DNA of 64,000 nucleotides from the human T2T-CHM13v2.0 reference genome, Homo sapiens: NCBI RefSeq assembly GCF_009914755.1, contig NC_060935.1; one strand, 5' to 3'. The notes beneath the pieces were generated by a model. That model searched no databases. It worked only from the letters and a program-made list of their open reading frames with translations, and was not told the DNA's origin. Of this stretch, positions 33,450 to 47,813 are shown piece after piece (the stretch's first letter is position 1; each line of letters begins with the position of its first letter). Position numbers and translations under genes: made by a program.

Positions 33450-35480
33450 TTAACAGTCTCCACCTCCTGCACCTACGACCCTTCCCAGCATCTAGTAACC
33501 ATCCTTCTACTGTTTATGTCCATGAATTCAATTGTTTTAATTTTTGGATCCCTGAAGTAAGTGAGGGATGCAATGTTTGTCTTTCTGTGTCTCGCTTATT
33601 TCCCTTAACATAATGGTTTCTAGTTCCATACAAGTTGTTGCAAATGACTGGATCTCATTTTTTTTTTAATGGCCGAATATACTCCACTGTGTATATGTAC
33701 CACATTTTCTAATCTGTTGATGGACACTTAGGTTGCTTCCAAATCGTAGCTATTGTAAACAGTGATGCAACAAACACAGGATGCAGCTATCTCTTCAATA
33801 CCCTGATTTCTCTTCTTTTGGGTATATGCCCAGCAGTTGGATTGCTGAGTTATGTGGTAGCTCAATTTTTAGAGTTTTTTTGAGGAACTTCCAAACTGTT
33901 CTCCATAATGGTTGCACTAATTTACATTCCCACCAACAGTGTACAACGGTTCCCTTTTCTCCACATCCTCACCAGCGTTTGTTATTGCCTGTCTTTTGGA
34001 TATAAGCCATTTTAACTGGGGTGAGACGATATTGTAGTTTTGATTAGCATTTCTTTGATGATCATTTATGTTGAGAACCTTTTCATATGCCTGTTTGTCA
34101 TTTGTATGTCTTCTTTTGAGAAGTGCCTATTCACATCTTACATCCATTTTTAAATTGGATTATTGGATTTTTTTTCCTATGGAGTTGAGTTCCTTATATA
34201 TTCTAGTTATTAATCCCTTGTCAGATGAGTAGTTTGAAAATATTATCTTCCATTCTGTGAATTGTCTCTACACTTTTTTTGTTGTATCCTTTGCTGTGTA
34301 GAAGCTTTTTAACTTGATGTGATCCCATTTGTCCATTTTTGCTTTGGTTGTGCTTGTGGGGTATTGCTCAAGAAATTTTTGCCCAGATCAATGTTCTGGA
34401 GATTTTACCCAATGTTTTCTTATAGCAGTTTCATAGTTCGAGGTCTTAGATTTTAAGTCTTTCATCCATTTCGATTTCATCTTTGTATATGGTGAGAGGT
34501 AGGGGTCTAGTTTCATTCTTCTGCATACGGATATCCACTTTCCCAGCACCATTTTTTGAAGAGACTGTTTTTTTCCCCAGTGTATATTCTTGGCACTTTT
34601 GTTGAAAATGAGTTCACTATAGGTGTGTGGATTTGTTTCTGGGTTCTCTATTCTGTTCCATTGGTCTATGTGTCTGTTTTTGTGCCAGTACCATGCTGTT
34701 TTGGTTTCTATTGCTCTGTAGTATAATTTGAAGTCAGGTAATGTTATTCCTCCAGTTTTGTTCTTTTTGCTTAGGATAGCTTTGGCTATTCTCTGTATTT
34801 TGTGGTTCCATATAAATTTTAGAATACTTTTTTCTATTTCTGTGAAGAATGTCATTGGTACTTAGATAGGGATTGCATTGAATCTGTAGATTGTTTTGTT
34901 AGTATGGATATTTTAAAAATACTAATTCTTCCAATTGATGAACATAGAATATTTTCCCATTTTTTGGTATTCTCTTCAATTTCTTATCAGCGTTTTGTAA
35001 TTTTCATTATGGAGATTTTTTTTGCTTCTTTGGTTAAATTAATTCCTAGATATTTAAGAATATTTATATTACGTTGGTGCAAAAGTAATTGCAGATTTTG
35101 CCATTAAAAGCATTAGCGAAATCGCAAGTATTGTTGCACCAACCTAATAGCTATTGTAAATGGAACTACCTTTTTATTTATTTTTCAGTTTGTTCAGTGT
35201 TGACATACAGAAATGCCACTGATTTTTGTATGTTGATTTTTATATTTTACAGCTTTACTGAATTTGTATTATTAGTTCTAATAATTTTTAATAGAGTATT
35301 TAGGTTTTTACAAATACGAAATCATATCATCTGCTAACAATGATAATTTAACTTTTTTCTTTCCAATTTGGATGCCCTTCTTTTTCTTGTCTGATTGCTG
35401 TAGCTAGAATTTCCAGTACTATATTGAATAAGAATGGGGAAAGTGGGCATCCTTGTTGTGTTCCAGATCTTAGTGGAAAC
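33450..35480 (-). mobile_element. L1MA-type LINE fragment (ORF2 3' half plus partial 3' UTR)
   Basis: ORF 34388-34855 ([17 protein letters not shown]...[10 protein letters not shown]); 3' UTR 'cccttcccagcatctagtaaccatccttctact'. Confidence 0.9.
35069..35147. mobile_element. MADE1 MITE (Hsmar1 mariner derivative)
   Basis: 79-bp imperfect palindrome ttacgttggtgcaaaagtaattgc...gcaagtattgttgcaccaacctaa flanked by TA on both sides. Confidence 0.92.
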
Positions 35481-36490
35481 TTATTTTTTTTAATGTCTGA
35501 GGATTAGTTTAAAATTTTTTGCTTGCCAACAAAGAATAAATTAAGACATTTTAGAGATTTTACAGATCACGTTCTCTCATTAATAATCTAGAAGTGCTGA
35601 AAAATTAGCTACTTGAAATTTAAGAAACATTGTCTTAAGTAATCTTTAGATGAAAAAGTAATTCACAAGTGAAACTATGAACTATCTAGAAAGCTATAAA
35701 AATTCTTATAGAAAATTTTACATCTTTAAATGACATTACTGTTAGAGAAATAAGACAAAAAATATAAAAGCTTATTTATTTTGGAAAAGTAAGTGAAAAA
35801 CAACATGCTAAATTAAAATAGTAGATAGAATACATGAAAATAGAATCTGAAAATGAAATGGAAAATAAAAATCAAAAGCATAAATACATCTGAAAATTGA
35901 TTCTTTAAAAGACCAATAATATACATCATCTCATTGTGAGCTCAATTAAGAAAAAAAAGAAAGCTAAAACACATATTAGAATATAAATGGAGATATAACC
36001 TAGGTACAGAAGAGATGAAAAGAATTATAGGTGGCTACTCTAAGGTAACCAATTTGAAAACCTGGATTAAATAGATGTTTTCTTAGCAAAAAGTTAAATT
36101 ACTAACATTGATTCATGAATAAGCTGAAAACTTGAGGAAACCAATTACTGTATAAAGATTGAAAAGGAGATTTAAAATGTATCATTAAACATGAACACAT
36201 GATCAAAGGCTGATCAAAGATTATTTAATCTTTAGAGAAGAGATAATTTTTAATTCATTTAAATTATCAACCATAAAAATGAAAAGCTCTTAAATTTATT
36301 ATATAAAACTCATATAATATTAATATCAAAGCATGGCAGAGTACACAAAAATGGAGCCTATTAAATTTAATGATACTTTGAATTATAAATGCAAATAAAA
36401 TATTAGTTGGAATTTAGCAGTGAGCCATTCAATATGAAGGTGACTACAAAACTAGGAAATTTATTGACATAATTTATGACATCAAGATAT

Positions 36491-37406
<916 letters not shown>

Positions 37407-37926
37407 AGCATCAATATATTAATAGAGAAAACCAATTGAATATCAAAAGTTATTTAATAAAATTTAACAGATGTTTTAAATAAACCCTTATTAAAACAGA
37501 AAATAAAAGGTCTTACTTCAACATGATAGTTTTCACTTGCAAATAATGAAAGGCCCATTTTGACTATTATTATTCAACTTAAAAAATACATTCTAGCAAA
37601 TTCAATAAGAAAAAACCTTAAATAGCACTAACATTGGTAAAGAAGAATAAGATTATTCATATATTTGCTAAAAACTTAAACCAAAGAAATCTGTAAGTCT
37701 TTTAGTCCTTTAAAGGGAAATTTTCAAATTTGTGAATGTGCAGACATCAGTACTTTTTAATATTTGCTATAACCAGCTATAAATAAAAATAGAATTACCC
37801 TATTCAAAATATCAATGAAAACTACAAAATAATCAGGAATAATCTTAAGAATAAGACCTATATGAAGAAATTCATAAAATATTTCTGAAGGGAACTAATT
37901 AGGATTTGAACTAAAGGAAAGACTTA

Positions 37927-38295
<369 letters not shown>

Positions 38296-38708
38296 TTAGT
38301 TAGAAGCCCTAATATCTTAGGGCTTTGGGCTTTGTGTTTGGAATTTGATTAAAGCAATCTACAATTTATTAAAAGAAAAATATTCAAGAATATAATATTG
38401 ACTTAAGAATGTGTGCATCAAAAAAGAATATGTGAATAAATTAATTAAAAAACCTAGTGATAGGCTGCAATGTGCATGTATATGTGAATGTGTGCATGCA
38501 CATGTGTGTATATGTGTTTATTAGGCAAAGGTACTGTTTCTGTTCACCATGAAAAGATGGTTTACTTTACCAATAGTGCTGTTAAAAGTGGCCATCTTTC
38601 TGGAAGAAAATAGTTGAAACTTCTCACTGTCCTCATGTGTAAGTATACATATACACTCACATATGAAGGCAAATAAATAAATAAATACATAATACACAAA
38701 TTCATTAG

Positions 38709-39061
38709 TGTAATGGACTGAACGTTTATGTCCCCCCAAAATTCATATGTTGAAACCCTAACCCCACATGGGATGGTAGTAGCAGGTGGGGGCTTTGGGA
38801 GGTGTTTATGTAATAAGGGCAGAACCCTCATAAATATGATTAGTGCCTTTATGAAAGAGTCCCCTGTGATCTCCCTCACTCTTCTGTCAAGTGAGGTAAC
38901 AGTGAGAAAGCTGCCATCTTGAAGAACAGGCCCTCACCAGTCACTAAATCTATTTATGACTTGGTCTTGGACTTCTGCCTCTGAAATGGTGAGAAATGTC
39001 TGTTGTTTAGAAGCCACCGAGTTTATGATATTTTGTATAGCAGCCTTAACAGTCTAAGGCA
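38709..39061 (+). mobile_element. MLT1A-type MaLR solo LTR
   Basis: 'tgtaatggactgaacgtttatgtccccccaaaattcatatgttgaaaccctaacccc...atagcagccttaacagtctaaggca'; 5-bp TSD attag/gttag. Confidence 0.88.
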
Positions 39062-40096
39062 GTTAGCATCACTGCTATAGGAATATGATAACAATCTCAA
39101 GAAAAAAATTTAGTAGAGTATTTGTATAACTTATGAATTAGAAGTCTAAAAAAGTATATATTTGAATATGTTTGACTAGAGAAAAGGTGAAAATTTCAGT
39201 AAAATACCATGAGTGAAGTCAAGTATATGGTAGTTGGGAAGAAAACTTAGGTCTCATATAAGATAAAGTATTGATATTTATAATATATAATTAGCCCTTA
39301 CATGTTGATAGAATAAGCAGCCATAAAAATAAGCAAGAGGTTAAAATACAGAAACCACAGAAGAATAAATTGGAATGACAAATAATAATGCTAAAACATT
39401 CTCAGACTCATGAGAAAATGCAAATGAAAATAATAATGAAATATCCCTTTTCACAAATCATGTTGGCAAAAACCACTGTGGGACTAGACTCCAGTGAGGT
39501 ATGTCCTCACAGGAGGCCCAAGCACTTCCCCATTCACTAGCCATGCCAGAGGAACCGTTTTGCTCTCATATGTACTAAGGTTGCTTTTGGAATATTGTAT
39601 GCCCTGGAAATTGCCAGCAACTTTCCCATGCAGAGTATCTAGGGATGATTGGGTAGCTGAGTTCAAATGTCTTTACTGCTTATTTATCTATATACAGTAT
39701 TCTTAGTTCCTACAGAGAATGAGTATAGTAATCTGCAGATATGAATAATCTTGCCAGTTAACTTTTACTATAAATTAACAAATTATCTTATGCAATTTGT
39801 TTTCTTACATATTTCCTTGAATTGAATTAGTATAAACAGTCTATTGAAGCCCAATCCTTACAATGGCTTTTAAAACCCTACAAAATCTGTACTTCTGCAA
39901 ACCAGTCTTGTTACTCTCTGATTTTATCTTCTATCACATCACTTTTTCTTCACTTTGCTCAATCTGCAGTGCCTTCCTTGTTTTCCTGGATCTTGCTAAT
40001 CCTACTCTTACTCCTTGACATTTGTGCTTGTTGTTTGTTGTTCTTTCTATGCAAAATACTTCTCCCCATCTTCTTCAGATTTCTTCCCAGGGATGA

Positions 40097-40280
40097 CCTC
40101 TTCCTCCTCCTCCACCCCTCCTCCCCCTCCTCCCCCTCCTCCCGTCCTCTCCTTCCTCCCCTCCTCCCCTTCCTCGCCTTCCTCCCCTTCCTCCCCTCCT
40201 CCCCCTCCTCCCCTCCTCCCCCTCCTCCCCTCCTCCCCCTCCTCCCCCTCCCCTCCTTCTCCTCCTTCTTCTTCTTCTTC
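40097..40280. repeat. Polypyrimidine/polypurine low-complexity tract, (CCT)/(CCCCT)-type
   Basis: About 180 bp almost exclusively C/T on the + strand. Confidence 0.95.
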
Positions 40281-40494
40281 ACCCTACATTACATTTAGCT
40301 CAGCATTTGCAATGAGAAAGAAGATCCCCTTTTGTGTTAGGACTGGACGGCTCAGTCCAAACCCTTTAAGTGTTTGTCCCAGATACCTCCTTCTTACTGG
40401 GGAGATTATCGCTGATAACTTTTATAATATAATAACACTGCCCCCACCCCAAACCCCTCTTTCCCAATTACCCTGCCTTATTATTTATTCATAT

Positions 40495-41305
40495 ACATGT
40501 GATCAACAAGCACATGAAAACATGCTCAACATTATTGGTCGTTAGTGAAATGTATATCAAAACCCATTAAGATACCATTTTACACTCACTTTAATGACTC
40601 TTATCAAAGAGACAGATAATACCAAGTGTTGATAAGGAGATGGATAAGCTAGAATCATTATATGTTGGTGGTGATAATGTAAAATGATACAGTCACCTTG
40701 AAAAACAATTTGACATAACTTAGAAAAGTTACACATAAACTTACTATACAACTCAGAAATTCTACCCCTAGGTATGTACCTGAGAGAAATGAAAATTTAT
40801 ATTCACATTAATTTTATATATGAATGTTTTAGCAACATTACTCAAATTAGGTAAAAACTTGACCAACTGGTGAATGGATTAAAAAATGTGGTATATCTCT
40901 ATGATGTAATATTATTTAAGAAAAAAAATGGAAGTACTGATGTATGCCACAGCATGGATGAATCTCAGAAACATTATGCTAAGTAAAAGAAGCCAAATGC
41001 GAAAGACTACATATTGATTTCATAAAATCATTTGTATGAAATGTCCAGAAGAAGTAAAATCTTTAGACATAGAAATCAGACCAGTAGTCACCTGGGTATG
41101 GGAGTGAATGACAACATTAACTGCAAACAGGAATTGAGTAAGAGAGTTAGTCTTAGTCAGTCTTACTGGGAATTTTGGGGAGTAATGAAGATGTTCTGAA
41201 ACTACATTGTTGTCATGGCTACATAACTCAATATACTTAGAGTTGTATACTTTCAATGGATGAATTTTATGATGTATAAATTATGCCACAATAAAGCATC
41301 AAAAA
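40495..41305 (+). mobile_element. L1MC/L1ME-type 3' fragment
   Basis: 'caacaagcacatgaaaacatgctcaacatt...gcatggatgaatctcagaaacattatgctaagtaaaagaagcc...tgtataaattatgccacaataaag'. Confidence 0.85.
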
Positions 41306-42590
41306 TGGAGTTTTATTAGTTCTTACTATATAGGCAACGGTATGGTCAAACTACAATCTTCTTTCTTGCATTAGAATGTATATTTGGTTTAATTATTTTT
41401 CTAGCATAAATAGTAAGTACTTGTCTTTTTTTTCTGGGTATTTATGTTTAAAAATGTTAGGTACTCTCTACTCCATTAGGGAACACTGTTCTATAATTAA
41501 AAAAGAAATCCTTTCTGAAATGTTTGCTTGGAGGCCCTAAATTGATATTTGCACATGTGCATATTTGCATATCAATTAAAAATGTAAAATTATATTTGGT
41601 AAAACAACTGGTTGTTTGGGGAAATTTAAAAAGATGTTGGACTAAGTATGTTTGCTTATTCATTTAGTCTTTGATCACCAAATATGTACTTATTGAGTTT
41701 CTATTTTGTGCAATAGAGGCATACAAATTTAAAAGCTGGAAGAAAAGGCAAGAAAGATCTGATTGACTTCAGCTTAGCAAAAATAATAAAACTGAGTCAA
41801 ATGGCTTGTCCAGTGCAAAACCCTAAATGACAAAATCGGAGCAGGTTCTGGTTGCTCCCATTCTTCCTATTACGCTTGTGCTAAGAAGTGCTGTGTTCAT
41901 GAGAATTTACCAGAAATTTGACGAGTTAGTAGATTAAAAATCATATTTAATCACTATCATTTTAGGACTAACTCGTATGTACATATGGTCAACATTTGTG
42001 TCACTCAAGAGACACTAGGCTTTGGATGAGCTAAGGGACTGGGAAATTTACTGATAACAAACAGTGTTTTTATATTGAGAAAGGAAAGCATTCTAAACCT
42101 TGTCACATGCTTCTTCCACATTAGCTTACAATGTGATTTTATCCCTTTTAGCTATAAATATTATTAAAGGGACTTGAAACTGACAAGCCTCCTTGACAAT
42201 AGTTTATGAAACTTGATTAAGCATTTATTGATTGGCAAAGAAAACTGCATACATCATTTCTAAGTAAATCATTCTACAGTCTTACAACTGTTAAATGTAG
42301 CCCAGACATATGAATCCCCTAGTTTATGTATTCTACACTTAAACATATAAGATCAAAGCATGTTGCATCTTCATCTTACAAATAACAAAACTGAAATTTT
42401 TTATGTTAGAAATCAAGTTTTTGTCAATTTCCATGTTTTCACTGGGCTGAGGGGAGAGAGGAGAATGGAGGCCTACTTAATACAGATTGGACATTTGTCC
42501 AGCAGCTATAAAACAGGTGAATAATAGATTTTTTGGAGACTTTTATCCTAAATATACTTAAAGTGAATTACAACTAAAATGTAATTGTTT

Positions 42591-43038
42591 TGTAACAGCA
42601 TCACACCAGTCTGGTTCAATTTTCATGTAACAAAGTTATAGGTTGTTTTTTAGTTGCCATGGTCTCTCAAATTGAAGGTCATGGAACCTGAGAATACCCA
42701 GATAAGCCAAGCATGCAACCGTGGAGGGAACCTAAGTGATCTGATCAAATAATGGGGACAGAATTAAGAAGTGAATCCTGGTAAGATCCAGGATCCAATC
42801 AGATTGAGCCCTGATGTCACCCTATAACAATTCCCAGGCAGATCATGCCTCTAGACAACACCTCATTGCTCTATCCTTCTAAAACTTGACCCAGCCTCCA
42901 GCTTGGAAAGAGAGACTTGGGTGTTTCCTCTTGTCTCCTTGCCAGCTGACTCACAATAAAGCTTTTCTTTTCTTAAAAGCCAGTGCCATAGTATTGACTT
43001 CTATGTGCATCATGCAGCAAACTCTTTAACTGGTAACT
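42591..43038 (+). mobile_element. ERV1 solo LTR (family unresolved)
   Basis: tgtaac...ggtaac termini, CCAAT box ('gatccaatcagattg'), 'caataaagcttttcttttc' poly-A signal. Confidence 0.75.
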
Positions 43039-43044
43039 CTTTAA

Positions 43045-43460
<416 letters not shown>

Positions 43461-44029
43461 AATTTATCTTATTTTTAAAAACTTGCTTTGATTTCTGATG
43501 GTCAGTTTCTCTTATTAAGAAATAAAAACCATTGGCTATTTGCTGTTGACTGACCCTCACCTCCAACCGTGGCAAAATCATAATCCTCCAAGAAGATCAA
43601 TTATCTCTGTCTTTGAGTGGGTCATCCACTAGAAACTACATTGATATCAAAATTCATGTCATGCTTCCAAAATACATTTGTTAAAAGACTTTACCATTGA
43701 GCTCAGTTATATAAGAGAGTGATTTTTAATATTAAGTTCATATATACTGTGTAATCATTTATTAATAAATATTAATATGCCAGGATTTTACTATATATTG
43801 GGAAACGATTAAAAAAGAGTCATTTTCTGCTCTAATGAAGTTTAAAATATCAGATAGGCAAACTTTTACATTTATATTATAAACAATTATAATATAGTAA
43901 GATAATTGATAAGTCCTGAGCTAACTAAAACTATATGAGTTTTGTGGTCTCTACTGTTGAGTTTATTAAAAATTGTTTAGACTTTTGTGGATATAATTTT
44001 TATTATTATGTTGATAGGGAAATAGCATT

Positions 44030-44594
44030 TGTGGTATATGGCATTTTCAAAAAAAATTCACTGTGGTATTTCTGGTATCTTATTCTCTGAATCCTTGCTA
44101 TACCACTGTCAAAAAGAGGAGTCTGTTTTCTCTCCCTATGAACTTGAAAGGGGTTATATCTTCTCTGACCAAAAGAGTATAGCAGAAATGGTACTAGAAA
44201 TGATAGTATGGAACTTCCATGGCTAGATCTAAAAATTATACAGCTTCCAAATGGCTGTCTCTTGGGATGTTTGCCATTGGAACCTAGCCACCATGTTGTC
44301 AGGAAGCCCAGGACAAACAGAAGGTCATATGTATATGTTTCAGTTGCCAGCCTCATCAAAAGACTCGGCTGATAGCTAGTGTCCACTCTGAGATATATGA
44401 GTAAGCAAGCTTCAGATGATTATAGGCCTCAGCCTTCAAGCCACCTCAGTTGATGCTTAGTGAGCCAGAGACCAGCTATCCCTTTAGTAGCCCTGCCCAA
44501 AGTGCGCATTTGTGAGCAAAATAAATGCTTTTAGAATTTGAAGCCACTAAGTTGGGAGATCTTGTGTATGGGTAAAAAAAATATAGCTGCAACA
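44030..44594 (+). mobile_element. MLT1 (MLT1G/H-like) MaLR LTR
   Basis: 'ggaacctagccaccatgttgtcaggaagccca...agccctgcccaaagtgcgcatttgtgagcaaaataaatg...aagccactaag'. Confidence 0.8.
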
Positions 44595-46469
44595 AAGTGT
44601 CTCCATATCTAAACTTTGGTTTATAAAAATATTTTTTATAGTTCTGTATAGTGAGAGAACAGTGTTTCTTGAAAATTGACCACTTGTACTTGCCTAGGTT
44701 TATCACTCCAAGTTCATTTCCTTTTTGTTTTACATGTACTGTTTACATTCTAGTGAAACATAGCTTCTCACTTTTATCTTTTGCTTGTTCATTCCAGAGA
44801 TATTTATTTGATATCTACTATGTGCTGGTTGTTTTGCTAGAGACTAGTTTTCTCTGTATACACTATGTTTTCTCAGCTGTCCATTTTTGCACATATTGTT
44901 CATTTGGTCAGAATACCTTTCTCAGACTCTCACAGAAGTCTCTGGAAGGACTTCACCTCCCTTCCAGAACGAGTTCCAATGCCAGCGTTACTGTGAAGAC
45001 TTTCTTTACTACACTGGTAGTTGCTATATCTTTCTCATATTCAGAACACTATACATATCTCTGTTATAGGTCTTACAAAGAATTGTAATTCTCAATTTTA
45101 GCCTAACTCCTCCACTGGATCTTGAGCTCTTGGAGGTTAAGTACAAATGTCTTTCTATCTATGAATCTTCCTGCACTTTATACCACAGTGTTAGTAACAT
45201 ATTAGTTTCATGATACATGATGGTCAAATATTGTTAAAAGATGTTTATTGATTAAGCACTGTATTTTCTGATGTTTTTTTCATTTTTACTATTTTTAATA
45301 CTTTATATGGGACTACTGTCACTCACATGATAATAGCAATTATGCCATTTGCTAGTACTGAGCTGAAGTAATCAACAAATTTCATATATATCACCATGTA
45401 CCTATAAGGTAGTAATAGCTTTTGACTATAATCGGCTTTACCCTTATTTTAACAACCTGCTGGAAGATTAAATATTTCATTGCTTATTTCTAAACTTCAG
45501 ACTTTTTTTAAGCTTTAAACATGGTCCCATAAAAAAGAATTTTCATTAACCTATGTACTGCAACAATGAAAACAAGTCTCTTTTATCTACAACTAGGAAA
45601 TATTCTTTCAAAAAAGGTTAAGAACATTTTCTGCTTAATAGGATGTTTCATCCAGATAAAACTGTGTGATTGTTAATAGTACTTTTCTATTTAATCATAA
45701 GGGTCTTTTGTATTAGGAGCTGAACTGTGATCATTTACTAAGCTATGGTTTACTGGAGCCAAGAAAGATTTGGAAGAGCTTCTCTTTTATCTTTTCTATT
45801 TCAAAGCTGAAGTACAGGTACCTTATGTACTTTTTAGTTGCTTACATTCTAAAAGGGCTCATTAAGAAACAATGCCATAAAATCAATGATGTTAGAGTTT
45901 CAGCTTTGTGAGTGTGACCCTTGCCAGACTTGTAGAAAACCTGAGGGCTTTTTAGGGAGAGCTTCCTAATGTGTAAGTGTTACTCAAATTGGTGCCCATG
46001 GGGAAGAGAGTGAAAAAATAAATAAAAGGACTAATTAAGACTTTGCAAAACAATCTTTAAGTTGTCCATTTAATCATTTTACCTAGGATCAGTTCCATTC
46101 TCAGTAATTAAAACTTATTCCTTTAAACAGTGGACTGTATGTTTCACAGAGATATGTCTAAAATGTATTGTGCATTCCTTTGCTCTATTAAAGAGAGCAT
46201 ACTGCATAGAATATAAACCTCCTCCATGACATCATGACATCATTTTGAACATCTGATGGTATAAAATTCTACAAGGCAGAATTGTCATCAGTGCTATTGA
46301 GTTTCTTGCCCCTAGATTAAATTATCCTAGATTGCTGTATTGTGCTTTAATTCTCTTGTCTCACTCCTTAAAAGCAGTTGTCCCAGCTCAGAGCTGCTGC
46401 TTTTAGCAGCCTTTCCCCAACACTCCTCCACCCCTCACTTTCTCACTGATGCTCTGTAACTCTATAACT

Positions 46470-46610
46470 TTACAGTGTGAAAGTCCTGGATTTCAATATT
46501 TAGTAGCTGTTACTTGACCTCTTTAACTCTCATTTTGGGAGGCTAATGGTAGTACCTCCTTCAGGGACTGTGGTGAGAACCAAATTAAAAATGCACATAA
46601 AGCACGGAGC
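46470..46610 (+). mobile_element. MIR SINE fragment
   Basis: MIR core-like 'gctaatggtagtacctccttcagggactgtggtgagaaccaaattaaaaatgcacataaagcac'. Confidence 0.6.
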
Positions 46611-47450
46611 TTTTAGCTATAATTTATTTAACTGCCTGTGGTAGCTTAGTAACAATAAAAGATACCAAAAGAAAGAAAGTGTCTAACCTTATTAAGTGAG
46701 AAACTTGAATTTTAAATACAATTTTGAAGTTATAAAATTGTTTTCCAGGGGGAACATTTATTGCTTTTCTATGTCAGGATGTTTGTAGAGGTTTAGAGGT
46801 ACTTTTCACTAATATTTAAGTTTAATGATGTTTAGGAGAGTTGAGGATTACAGAGCTTGGCAGAAAAGTGGGTAGTATTGTATTTTTATATATTGAATTC
46901 ACAGAAAAATGGGTAAGCTTATATAAATAAAAATTTTAACTACTGGAGGAAATTGCTATTAATAGTACTAATATTTTTTAATATTTAGTGAACAATACTG
47001 TAAATGAGTATAATGTTAGAAGACATTTTTCCTTAGTTTATCTGTATAAGTTTTACAACTCAATATCATTTTTAACTTTTCCTTAGCTTTCCCCAGTGAA
47101 TCAGGGGCCAAATCTTGTGTATTTTACCTGCATATTGTCTTCTGTTCTCTTTTTCATTCCTTGTCATCTCTCAGGAAGGAAAGATGGGCATTTTCCGTAT
47201 ATGACATCATACTTCATAATTCTTCTACCTGCTGTTTCCTAGTCTCGCCTCCAAGTTCTTCAAAAAGTTCTCAGCAGATTGATCTTCCTAAGCTTAATAA
47301 TGCCACTTTATTGCTGAAAACCTTTGATTGGTTCTCTAATATTTTTGCTACTTCAATTTAAGCGTTCAGAAATAAAGTGCATATTATGATATTTTAATGA
47401 ATATCTAATTTTCTAAAAATAGTCTTTTAGCTATTTTATAAGGTGCATAA

Positions 47451-47813
<363 letters not shown>

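Noticed and set aside
39959-40545. Pro/Ser-rich and Arg/Gly/Glu-rich ORFs (107-176 aa)
   Set aside because: Artefacts of translating a CT low-complexity tract that lacks stop codons.
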